Positions 8,480 through 15,838 are shown, numbered from the stretch's first letter. The stretch: DNA of 55,619 nucleotides from a virus (IMGVR_UViG_3300042305_001248:1-55619), one strand, 5' to 3'. Notes: generated by a model not told the origin, from the sequence alone. Numbers and translations are program-made.

Positions 8480-8862
8480 TCGTCGCCCTCGGCGAAAAGC
8501 GAGAGCTGGTGGATGTTCTCCATCGCCTCGCGGAGCCGCGTCTCGGCCGCGCTGACGTCCTCCTTCGCGCTCTTGATCGCGTCGGCGCGAGCCTGCTTCG
8601 CCTCCTCCAGCGTCTGCCACGCATCCTCGATCCGGTGGAGCTTCGCCAGGGCTCGGGCAGGCTCGCCGACCGGGATCCCCTCCTCCATCGAGGCGCGGAG
8701 GCCTGCGAGCGCGACCGCCATGAATCCGGCGTGCTCCTTTCGCAGCTCCTGGAGCTGCTCCTTCGTCGCCTCCCACGCGAGGAAGCGGCGGCTGATCTGC
8801 TGCTCGCGCTCGGTCGGGAGCGCCTCCTGTCCGGTCATCGTCGTCGGTGCCTTCTTCGTCAT
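8476..8862 (-). CDS. Coiled-coil protein with a C-terminal QLSLF beta-clamp-binding-like motif
   Basis: GAGGAGA RBS; ends ...HQLSLFAEGDE. Confidence 0.7.
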   Translation of the reverse strand: MTKKAPTTMTGQEALPTEREQQISRRFLAWEATKEQLQELRKEHAGFMAVALAGLRASMEEGIPVGEPARALAKLHRIEDAWQTLEEAKQARADAIKSAKEDVSAAETRLREAMENIHQLSLFAEGDE

Positions 8863-8872
8863 TGTCGTCTCC

Positions 8873-10057
8873 TCAGAATGGGGGCTCGGGTGCGGTCATC
8901 GCCGCGGTGATCTCCTCGTGCGTCTCGACCGCGACGCGGAACGACTCGCGCAGCTCGGGCGCGGACGGATCGAGGCAGACGCTCCGGTAGACGCAGGGCA
9001 TCGACCACGCGCTCGTGCAATTGCCGGGGTTCCTGGTCACGAGCCCGCCGTCGAGACGCGCCTCCCGCATCCGAGAGCCGTCGAGGAACGCCTCCCTCCG
9101 CCAGCGATCCAGCTCGGCATCGCTGCGGTAGAACTCCCGCCGCGAGAGGAACGTGTCGCCCTTCGCGATGAGCCTCGCGAGGAGGTCAGCCTGGGCCTCC
9201 GTGCGCTGGTAGCCTCGCTCCTCCTGCTGCTCCAGAGCGCGGGCGTAGATGCTCGGGAGCGTGTCGATCGCCGAGACCGAGACCATGCCCCGCTGCGTGA
9301 TCTCCGGGGTCCGCGGAGCCCGCTTGCGGAGGACGTTGTACGCGATCCTCCCGGTCGGGACCTCGCCGCGCTCGATACGCGCCCCGAGGTCGCGCAGGCT
9401 CGGAGGCACCGAGAGAAGCGAGAGGATCCGCCCCTGCCGGATGTACTCGCGCACGGCCCATAGATAGCCCGCCATCTGCGGGTCCATCTCGACGCGCCGA
9501 TCGATGGTCGAGACCTCCGCGCTCGTTGTCTTGTGATCGACCACGACGAGGTCCTGCGCCTCGGTGTCGTAGGCGATCAGGTCGATCACCCCGGCAAGCT
9601 GGAGGTGCGCGATCCGCCGCCCCATCGAGTCGATCAGCGGCGTCTGGAACGGGACCTCGACCCCGAGCGGGACGAGCGTCCGGAGGTCGCGCTCGTGCGT
9701 CTGCCAGTAGTGGCGGATCATCCAGAGCGCGGTCTCGAACGCCTTCGCTCCCTCCTCCTCGGACTGCTCCGAGGACGGCTCCCACGCCTCGCGGTAGCGC
9801 CTCGTCGCGCCCTCCGCGGCGTCGAGGACCTCGGGCAGCGCGGCCTCGCTGGCTCGCATCCGAGCCGCAGCGATCGCGAGATAGCCCGCGGCGAGACCAG
9901 CGTGGATCGCCGACCCGAACGAGAGCGGCGGAGCGACTGTCTTCGGGCGCAGACGCTCGACGTAAGCGAACGACCACTTCTGGCCGCAGTCGCGGAACGT
10001 CTGCACCTCCGAGTTGCTGATCACGGTGAGCTGCGGCTTCGAGCGGCGCTGCTTCAC
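8873..10057 (-). CDS. PD-(D/E)XK RecB/Cas4-like exonuclease
   Basis: SNSE..TFRDC..KW..Y, FGSAIH, GVEVPF, GVIDL, VVDHKT, Q...Y, C-terminal C..C..C. Confidence 0.88.
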   Translation of the reverse strand: MKQRRSKPQLTVISNSEVQTFRDCGQKWSFAYVERLRPKTVAPPLSFGSAIHAGLAAGYLAIAAARMRASEAALPEVLDAAEGATRRYREAWEPSSEQSEEEGAKAFETALWMIRHYWQTHERDLRTLVPLGVEVPFQTPLIDSMGRRIAHLQLAGVIDLIAYDTEAQDLVVVDHKTTSAEVSTIDRRVEMDPQMAGYLWAVREYIRQGRILSLLSVPPSLRDLGARIERGEVPTGRIAYNVLRKRAPRTPEITQRGMVSVSAIDTLPSIYARALEQQEERGYQRTEAQADLLARLIAKGDTFLSRREFYRSDAELDRWRREAFLDGSRMREARLDGGLVTRNPGNCTSAWSMPCVYRSVCLDPSAPELRESFRVAVETHEEITAAMTAPEPPF

Positions 10058-10278
10058 GACGGCACCTCCGCGAGAGCCGCCGCGACGAGCCCGCCGAGGG
10101 TCTCGGCGCGGTACGTCTGGAGCGAGAGCCTGGGGAGCCCGTGTGCGGACCGCCGCTCGACGGTCGCCTCCGCGCACCACTCGCCCCGGTGGAGCCAGAC
10201 CCGGATCTGCGCTGGACCCCTCTCGCGGAGCTGGGCCTCCAGCTCGCGGACCGTCATGTCGTCGTATCGCTTCGTCAT
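10054..10278 (-). CDS. Hypothetical protein (74 aa)
   Basis: ATG behind hairpin and GAGGA RBS. Confidence 0.65.
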   Translation of the reverse strand: MTKRYDDMTVRELEAQLRERGPAQIRVWLHRGEWCAEATVERRSAHGLPRLSLQTYRAETLGGLVAAALAEVPS

Positions 10279-10307
10279 CGTCTCGTCCTCTCTGCGGCCT
10301 TCGCCGC

Positions 10308-11777
10308 TCACATCGAAAACACGCCGTCGAGCTTCGCGCTCGCGCCGTCCAGGTCTCCCGGCGCGAGCGCGATCGCCTGCGTCGCTCGGTCGCTGATCCA
10401 GGCCGGGACCGCGCTCGCGATCCCGACCGCGAAGAGCGCCGCGCCGTGCGCTCGGAGCCCGTCGAGCTGCCGGAGCTGCCCGTCGCGGTCGTGATCGACG
10501 CCGTCCGTGATCAGGACGACGTCGGCCCGAGCGAAGGCCCGCTGCTCCGCCGCGTCGCGGAGGAGCCGGTTCGCCTCGCCGAGCGCGCTCGCGATCGAGG
10601 TCCCGCCCCCGGAGAAGGACGAGACGCAGGCGAGGAGCGCGTCGAGGCCGACCGCCTTCGGCTGCGCGAAGCGATCGACGCTGGTCACCGCGCCGTCGAA
10701 ATGCACGACCGAGAAGGCGCGGTTCTGACGCGCCGCGACCTCCATCATCGCGAGCGCGACCGCCTTCGCCCACTCGTCGCGAGCGCCGCGCATCGAGCCG
10801 CTCTCGTCGAGGCAGAGGACGATCGGGCCCTCGGCGCGATGGTCCTGCCCGCGGAGCTGGTACTGGAGCGCCGACCGCTCCAGGAGGCGACGGTAGAGGA
10901 GCGCCTCCAGGTCCTCGTCGGCGAGGAGGACCGACTCGCTCGGGAGGAGCCGCCCGAGGTCGTCGCCAGCCTCGACGTCGCACAGCTCTTCGCGACCGTG
11001 CGCGGCCTTCGTGTTCTGCTTCTGGATCGCCTGCGCTCGGAGGCGACCGGCGAGCTTCGCGATCCTCCGCAGCCGCTCGTCGGAGCGGAGCCGCTGGACG
11101 ACCTCCGAGCGCGGACCCTGGATCCTCCCCGGCGAGCCCGCCTCGGAGCCGCAGCCGAGACCCGTCGCCGCCTCCTCCAGCTCCCCGAGCTGCGCGTCCG
11201 CCTTGGACGCAGCCGTCCGGAGCGCCCTGCGGACGCGGGAGACCGCCTCGCGGGCCCGCTGCGCTGCGGCCTCGTCCGCCGCCTCCGCGGCCTCTGCGCG
11301 GGCCTCCAGGCCGGGGAGACGGCCCGAGCGCGGGTTCGCCTCGCGGACCGACTCCGCGGCCTCTCGGGCCTGCTGCGCGTCCTCCTCGGGAGGCTGGACG
11401 ACCGGAGCGAGCGCGTCGAGCGCCTGCGCCGCCGCGAGCCCCGAGGCCCAAGCGTCGCCCTCGGCGCGAGCCTGGAGCGCCCGCCACTCGGGGAGGCTCT
11501 CCGCCTGCGAGAGCAGATCGCGGACCCACGCCGCGCCCTTCGGCTCGCCCTCGACGGGCTCGCAGCCGAGCCCGTAGAGCGACCCGTAGACCTCGCGGGC
11601 GAGCGAGCCCCAGGGCCCGCCGTGCGCCCCGAGGACGCGACCGAACTCGCCCTCCGCCTTCGCCTCGTCCACGGCGAGGGAGCGGACCCACCCGCCGACC
11701 GCCAGCGCAGCGTCCGCGCCCGTCTCTAGCGAGACCATCGCGGCCTCGCGGTTCGCCTGTCGCCTGTCCTGCTCCAT
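10308..11777 (-). CDS. von Willebrand factor A domain protein (ViaA/CoxE-like MoxR partner)
   Basis: GDDLGRLLPSE, GPIVLCLDESGSM (MIDAS), GGGT, DVVLITDG. Confidence 0.92.
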   Translation of the reverse strand: MEQDRRQANREAAMVSLETGADAALAVGGWVRSLAVDEAKAEGEFGRVLGAHGGPWGSLAREVYGSLYGLGCEPVEGEPKGAAWVRDLLSQAESLPEWRALQARAEGDAWASGLAAAQALDALAPVVQPPEEDAQQAREAAESVREANPRSGRLPGLEARAEAAEAADEAAAQRAREAVSRVRRALRTAASKADAQLGELEEAATGLGCGSEAGSPGRIQGPRSEVVQRLRSDERLRRIAKLAGRLRAQAIQKQNTKAAHGREELCDVEAGDDLGRLLPSESVLLADEDLEALLYRRLLERSALQYQLRGQDHRAEGPIVLCLDESGSMRGARDEWAKAVALAMMEVAARQNRAFSVVHFDGAVTSVDRFAQPKAVGLDALLACVSSFSGGGTSIASALGEANRLLRDAAEQRAFARADVVLITDGVDHDRDGQLRQLDGLRAHGAALFAVGIASAVPAWISDRATQAIALAPGDLDGASAKLDGVFSM

Positions 11778-11815
11778 CGCTCTCTCCTCGCTGTCAGCCC
11801 TGCGCCGACGAGTGC

Positions 11816-11843
11816 ATCCTAGCACGCTTCCGAGCGTCGTCTA
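11816..11843 (-). promoter_or_regulatory. Early sigma70-like promoter with palindromic operator
   Basis: TAGACG-ACGCT CGGA AGCGT GC-TAGGAT (16-nt spacer, TG extension). Confidence 0.75.
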
Positions 11844-11850
11844 CTTTTCG

Positions 11851-12978
11851 TCAGAGGTCCAGCATCCGAGCGACCGCTTCGCGCAGCTCCGCGGAGCGGG
11901 CCTCCAGCTCGCCGACGAGGGCCCCGATCTTCCTCGCGCTCGCGGGGCTCGCCTGCGCCTGGAGGGCGCGGAGCTTCGCGACGCCCTTCCCCAGCTCGCG
12001 TCGGGTCGAGGGAGCCTTCGCCTCGAAGGCGGGGTCCGTCGGGGGCGGGAGCTTCGCGATGACCTCAACGAGCCCGTCGAAGGCCCGCTGCGCGTCGGCC
12101 AGCTCTGCGGAGGCGAAGCGGGCGCAGGCAGCGGCGACCTTCGGGGCCTGCTCGGGCACGTTCCAGAGCACGCTCGCGAGGACCGCGAGGTGCTCGGGAG
12201 AGACCTCCGAGAGACCGTCGAGCCACGCAGCGGCGCGGAGGAGCGCCGCGCACTTCCTCCAGCGTCGATCCGAGGCGACGATGCCCTCGCGGGCCAGCTC
12301 GGAGCGGAGCTGCCAGAGCGCCGAGACGACCGCCTTCGGGAGCGCGACCTGGGCGACCTCGGCCCGAGCCGCCTCCCACTCGTCGAGCGTGATCGTCGCC
12401 GTCGAGCGGAGGCTCGTCGTGCCCGTGATGATCGCCTCGAACGAGTCGGGCGCGTGGACGTACTCGACCCAATGCCGCAGGAGGAAGCGGTCCCAAAGCG
12501 CTCCCAGCTCGGCCGACTCGGGCAGCTCGTTCGACGCGCCGACGCAAGTCAGGAGCGGGACCGCCTGCGGCGTCGGACCGTTGTGGAACGTCCGCTCGTT
12601 GATCACGGCGAGAAGCGCGTTGAGGACCGCGCTGTTCGCCTTGAAAATCTCGTCCAAGAACGCGATGTGCGCCTCCGGGAGCTTGCCCGTCGTGACGCGG
12701 GTGAAGCGGTCGGCCTTGAGGGCCGAGAGCGAGACCGGCCCGAACAGCTCCTCGGGCGTCGAGAACTTCGAGAGGAGCCACTCGAAGTGACTCGCGCCCT
12801 GGATCGCGCCCGCGAACGCTCGGGCAAGCTCGGACTTCGCGGTGCCCGGAGGGCCGAGGAGGAGGATGTGCTCGCGGGCGAGCGCCGCGATCAGGAGGGA
12901 GTCGATCTCGCGGTCGCGCTCGACGAACGCGGACTGGAGCGAGGAGCGGATAGACTGGATCTTCGAGAGCGTCGTCAT
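11851..12978 (-). CDS. MoxR-family AAA+ ATPase (RavA-like)
   Basis: HILLLGPPGTAKS, STPEELFGP, FLDEIFKANSAVLNALL..INER, GASNELP, LWDRF, SDRRW. Confidence 0.93.
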   Translation of the reverse strand: MTTLSKIQSIRSSLQSAFVERDREIDSLLIAALAREHILLLGPPGTAKSELARAFAGAIQGASHFEWLLSKFSTPEELFGPVSLSALKADRFTRVTTGKLPEAHIAFLDEIFKANSAVLNALLAVINERTFHNGPTPQAVPLLTCVGASNELPESAELGALWDRFLLRHWVEYVHAPDSFEAIITGTTSLRSTATITLDEWEAARAEVAQVALPKAVVSALWQLRSELAREGIVASDRRWRKCAALLRAAAWLDGLSEVSPEHLAVLASVLWNVPEQAPKVAAACARFASAELADAQRAFDGLVEVIAKLPPPTDPAFEAKAPSTRRELGKGVAKLRALQAQASPASARKIGALVGELEARSAELREAVARMLDL

Positions 12979-13012
12979 GGTGCCTTCCCTTGCTGCCGCT
13001 TCGTGCGGCGAT

Positions 13013-13055
13013 GCGCCCTGCCGGTAGCGAGCCGGTCCCGATCCTCTCGGGGCGC
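13013..13055 (-). ncRNA. Putative three-way-junction cis-RNA element, copy B
   Basis: GCGCC/GGCGC closing stem; CCGA-GAGGA-TCGG; CCGG-CTCGCTA-CCGG. Confidence 0.55.
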
Positions 13056-13063
13056 TGCGGGGC

Positions 13064-13339
13064 TCAGGCAGCGAGCCCGCGAGCGAACCTCTTTGCCGCC
13101 GCGAGAGCAGCCCTCGGCGAGCCCGCCGCGGGGAAGGACGCGAGCACCTCGCCCTCGCTGCCGCAGACGTCGTAGCCGCCGACGATGTAGCGGCGCGACA
13201 TGCCCGACCAGAGCGTCTCGTGGATGACCTGGATCTCGCCGATCTCCTCGCCGTCGCGCTGCACCGAGATAGAGCCGCCGTTGCCGGGGCCCGCGCTGTC
13301 GATCCGTCCGAAGGTCACCTTGTTCTGCGTCGGGGTCAT
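13064..13339 (-). CDS. First early gene, hypothetical (91 aa)
   Basis: Directly after the promoter at 13382-13409; AAGGAGAG RBS. Confidence 0.75.
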   Translation of the reverse strand: MTPTQNKVTFGRIDSAGPGNGGSISVQRDGEEIGEIQVIHETLWSGMSRRYIVGGYDVCGSEGEVLASFPAAGSPRAALAAAKRFARGLAA

Positions 13340-13381
13340 CGTGCTCTCCTTGCTGCCGCCCTGCGCGGCGTCGATGGGGAG

Positions 13382-13409
13382 ACTCTACCACGCTTCGGAG
13401 CGTCGTCTA
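13382..13409 (-). promoter_or_regulatory. Main early promoter with palindromic operator
   Basis: TAGACG-ACGCT CCGA AGCGT GG-TAGAGT (16-nt spacer, TG extension); A7 tract upstream. Confidence 0.78.
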
Positions 13410-13442
13410 GTCTTTTTTTCGTCTACCCGAATTTCGTCCCGC

Positions 13443-13471
13443 TGGACTCCGTCCGGGCTCCGCGTTACAGT
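13443..13471 (+). promoter_or_regulatory. Divergent rightward promoter for the HNH gene
   Basis: TGGACT-N17-TACAGT. Confidence 0.55.
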
Positions 13472-13533
13472 CAGAGGGTCAGACGTCCAGGTCTGATGGG
13501 CGACGGCGTGCCGAGCGACGGGCAGACGGGAGA

Positions 13534-13627
13534 CCGGAGCCCAGAGCGAGGTCCCGGAGTCCCCGACCCACCCCAAGACGGACCGGGGGGTGGGGTTGGG
13601 GCTCCTGCGGCCTCACTCTGGGCTCCG
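13534..13627 (+). repeat. Long imperfect inverted repeat in the HNH leader
   Basis: CCGGAGCCCAGAG/CTCTGGGCTCCGG outer arms; GGAGTCCCCGACCCACCCC/GGGGTGGGGTTGGGGCTCC inner arms. Confidence 0.8.
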
Positions 13628-13651
13628 GGAGGTAGAGAAGAGGCAGAGAAG

Positions 13652-14170
13652 ATGATCCGATCCTTGGAAGATCTCAGGTCGAGGACCACCCCTCTAGACG
13701 AGTGCTGGATCTGGTCCGGCGGACTCACCCAAAAAGGGTACGGCTTCTTCATCCGAGGAAGGAAGAAGCTCCGCGTCCACCGTCTAGCCCTGGAGCTGAC
13801 GGGGGTCCGCGTCACCTCCGAGGATCTCGTGCTGCACTCGTGCGATAGGCCAGCGTGCTGCAACCCCGCCCACCTGCGCGTGGGGACGCACGAGGACAAC
13901 GTCCGCGACGCGATGGATAGAAACCGCGTGGCGTGCGGCACTCGAAAGAAAAACGCGAAGCTCACCGACGAGCGAGTTCGCGTAGCGAGAGCCGACTACT
14001 CGCACGGTGCCACGGTCTCATCCCTGGCAAAAAGGTTCTCGGTGGACTACCGAACCATGAAAGACGTCGTCCTGGGACGCGCCTGGAAACACGTGAACGC
14101 CGAAGGGCTCAGCCCCTCGCGGGGTGAGCCCTTCTTGGCGGCTGCCGTCGATTCCAGCGACAGTAGCTAG
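13652..14170 (+). CDS. HNH homing-type endonuclease with C-terminal DNA-binding helix region
   Basis: CWIWSG...GYG...VHRL...VLHSCDRPACCNPAHL..GT..DN..D; NAKLT...LAKRF. Confidence 0.9.
   Translation: MIRSLEDLRSRTTPLDECWIWSGGLTQKGYGFFIRGRKKLRVHRLALELTGVRVTSEDLVLHSCDRPACCNPAHLRVGTHEDNVRDAMDRNRVACGTRKKNAKLTDERVRVARADYSHGATVSSLAKRFSVDYRTMKDVVLGRAWKHVNAEGLSPSRGEPFLAAAVDSSDSS
14102..14134. terminator. Strong hairpin, probable terminator (possibly bidirectional)
   Basis: GAAGGGCTCA-G-CCCC-TCGC-GGGG-TGAGCCCTTC. Confidence 0.55.
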
Positions 14171-14174
14171 ACAT

Positions 14175-14204
14175 GATCCTGCACTACCAGCGATCGCTGG
14201 TCAA
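14175..14204 (-). promoter_or_regulatory. Leftward promoter overlapped by a perfect 16-bp palindrome
   Basis: TTGACC-N17-CAGGAT; ACCAGCGATCGCTGGT at 14186-14201. Confidence 0.5.
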
Positions 14205-14271
14205 GCAAGCCTCCCTCCCCTCTGGGCGAAGGGAAGAAACAGGCTACGAGGTAGCCAGCGAGGACGAGATA

Positions 14272-14849
14272 ATGATCGCAGCTCTCTACGTTGAGCGAGG
14301 AGGGGCCTACTACGACCTCCCCGAGATCGACCCCTGGGACGAGGCACGAGACGCTAGACGCTACGAGGGGCCGCATCCGGTCATCGCGCACCCTCCGTGC
14401 TCGACATGGTGCCGCCTCGCCGCGGTGAACGAGGCGCGATGGGGGCACCCAATCGGGAGCGACGGAGGCTGTTTCGAGGCGGCACTCTCGTCGGTGCGCC
14501 GCTGGGGCGGCGTCCTGGAGCATCCCGCGTACACCTACGCCTGGGGAGCCTTCGGCCTGCCGCGACCCGTGCGCGACGGCTGGCAGCAGCTCCTCGGCGA
14601 GCGAGCCTGGGTCACCGAGGTCTCCCAAAGCGCCTACGGACACGACGCGAGGAAGCGGACGTGGCTCCTCTACGTCGGAGAGCGGCCTCCGGAGTTGCTC
14701 GACTGGAGCGACCCGGAGGGCACCGCCTGGGTCGGGAACGACGGCTCTGCCGGCGCGAAGCGGCAGCTATCGAAGGCCGAAGCGAAGCGGACCCCCCCCC
14801 CTTCCGCGACCTCCTGGTCCGTCTCGCGAAGGGCGCTAGGCCCCGCTAG
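14272..14849 (+). CDS. Minimal C5-cytosine methyltransferase-like protein, frameshifted at a C10 tract (14792-14801)
   Basis: AHPPC (motif IV), VLEHP (VI), Q..YGH.ARKRTW (VIII); the FRDLL end lies in another frame after the poly-C. Confidence 0.7.
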
Positions 14850-15204
14850 GACGGATCGAGGCGACCGCGTCCCTCCAGCGGTCCAGCTCCCGCTGCATCG
14901 AGGACATGCGCTCGTCGCAGTCCCGGCCCTGAGCCTCTAGCTCCCCTCGGAGCGACTCGACCCGCTGGAGGCAGTCGCGCTCGCGCTCGTCGGAGGCCGA
15001 GTAGAGCCGCTTGGCTTCGTCCAGGTCGCGTCGGGCGTGCGCGTAGGCGTCGAGGACCGTCTGGCTCCTATGAGCCTCCTGCTCGGCCGCTATACGCGCC
15101 GCGTCGGCCCTGCTCTTCGCCGTGGTGCGGATCGCGAAGCCAATCGCTCCTCCGAGCCCTCCGGAGGCGATGGTCGCGAGGATCAGGTCTACGGCTGCGC
15201 CCAT
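14836..15204 (-). CDS. Membrane-anchored coiled-coil protein (holin or i-spanin candidate)
   Basis: N-terminal hydrophobic helix plus long coiled coil; follows the lysin genes. Confidence 0.55.
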   Translation of the reverse strand: MGAAVDLILATIASGGLGGAIGFAIRTTAKSRADAARIAAEQEAHRSQTVLDAYAHARRDLDEAKRLYSASDERERDCLQRVESLRGELEAQGRDCDERMSSMQRELDRWRDAVASIRPSGA

Positions 15205-15211
15205 AGGGGTC

Positions 15212-15838
15212 TCACTCCGGGGTGACGTCGGCGTTCTCGACGTCGGCGAGAGGTTCAAGCTGGCTCGGTCGGGCGTAGAAGTCGTTCGACGTCCCACCGC
15301 AGTCTACGTCGAGGAGGCCGAGGCGCGTCGCTCGGGCGCGGTCCATGGTCCCGCCCCAGTCGTGGACCGGACCGTCGCAGAGGCCCCACTCGTCTACGTC
15401 GTCCAGGCGCCAGGAGACGACCTCGCGGGCGCGTTCGAGGACGGCGAGCCAGCGGGCGCGGTAGGAGACCCACGGAGGATGCGGCTCGACGCGAACGAGC
15501 CCGCCTCGGCCTGGGCGCGTGATCACGCGAGGCCACGAGTACGGCTCGCCGCCGTCCGCTCGGAGTCCTGCGACCCAGGGGCGCAGGCGCGAGGGCTCCA
15601 TGCCGGTCGCTCTCGGCGAGTAGCTCCGGGCGAAGGTCTCGTAGCGCATCGCGTGGCGCTCCGCTCCTCGGAGGAGGACCTCGTGGATCGCGTAGCCGTC
15701 GCCGGTATCCCAGCACTCCCAACCGGCCTCGGAGACGCAGATGCGGGCGAGGAGGAGCGCGTCGGTCGCGAGGTCGGCGCGAGCGGAGGAGGCCCAGGCG
15801 AGGAGCAGGGCGAGGAGGAGGGGAGCGAGTCGGGTCAT
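15212..15838 (-). CDS. Secreted cell-wall-hydrolase-like protein (SleB/Hydrolase_2-like)
   Basis: Signal peptide ending ...ARA-D; LLLARICVSEAG catalytic-Glu-like motif. Confidence 0.5.
   Translation of the reverse strand: MTRLAPLLLALLLAWASSARADLATDALLLARICVSEAGWECWDTGDGYAIHEVLLRGAERHAMRYETFARSYSPRATGMEPSRLRPWVAGLRADGGEPYSWPRVITRPGRGGLVRVEPHPPWVSYRARWLAVLERAREVVSWRLDDVDEWGLCDGPVHDWGGTMDRARATRLGLLDVDCGGTSNDFYARPSQLEPLADVENADVTPE

Noticed and set aside
10308-11777. Ro60/TROVE protein with Y RNA
   Set aside because: Motifs and MoxR adjacency fit a ViaA/CoxE-like vWA protein; no TROVE domain features seen
13652-14170. IscB/HEARO-type RNA-guided nuclease or intron-encoded ORF
   Set aside because: Only 172 aa, no PLMP or RuvC motifs, and no interrupted host gene flanks it
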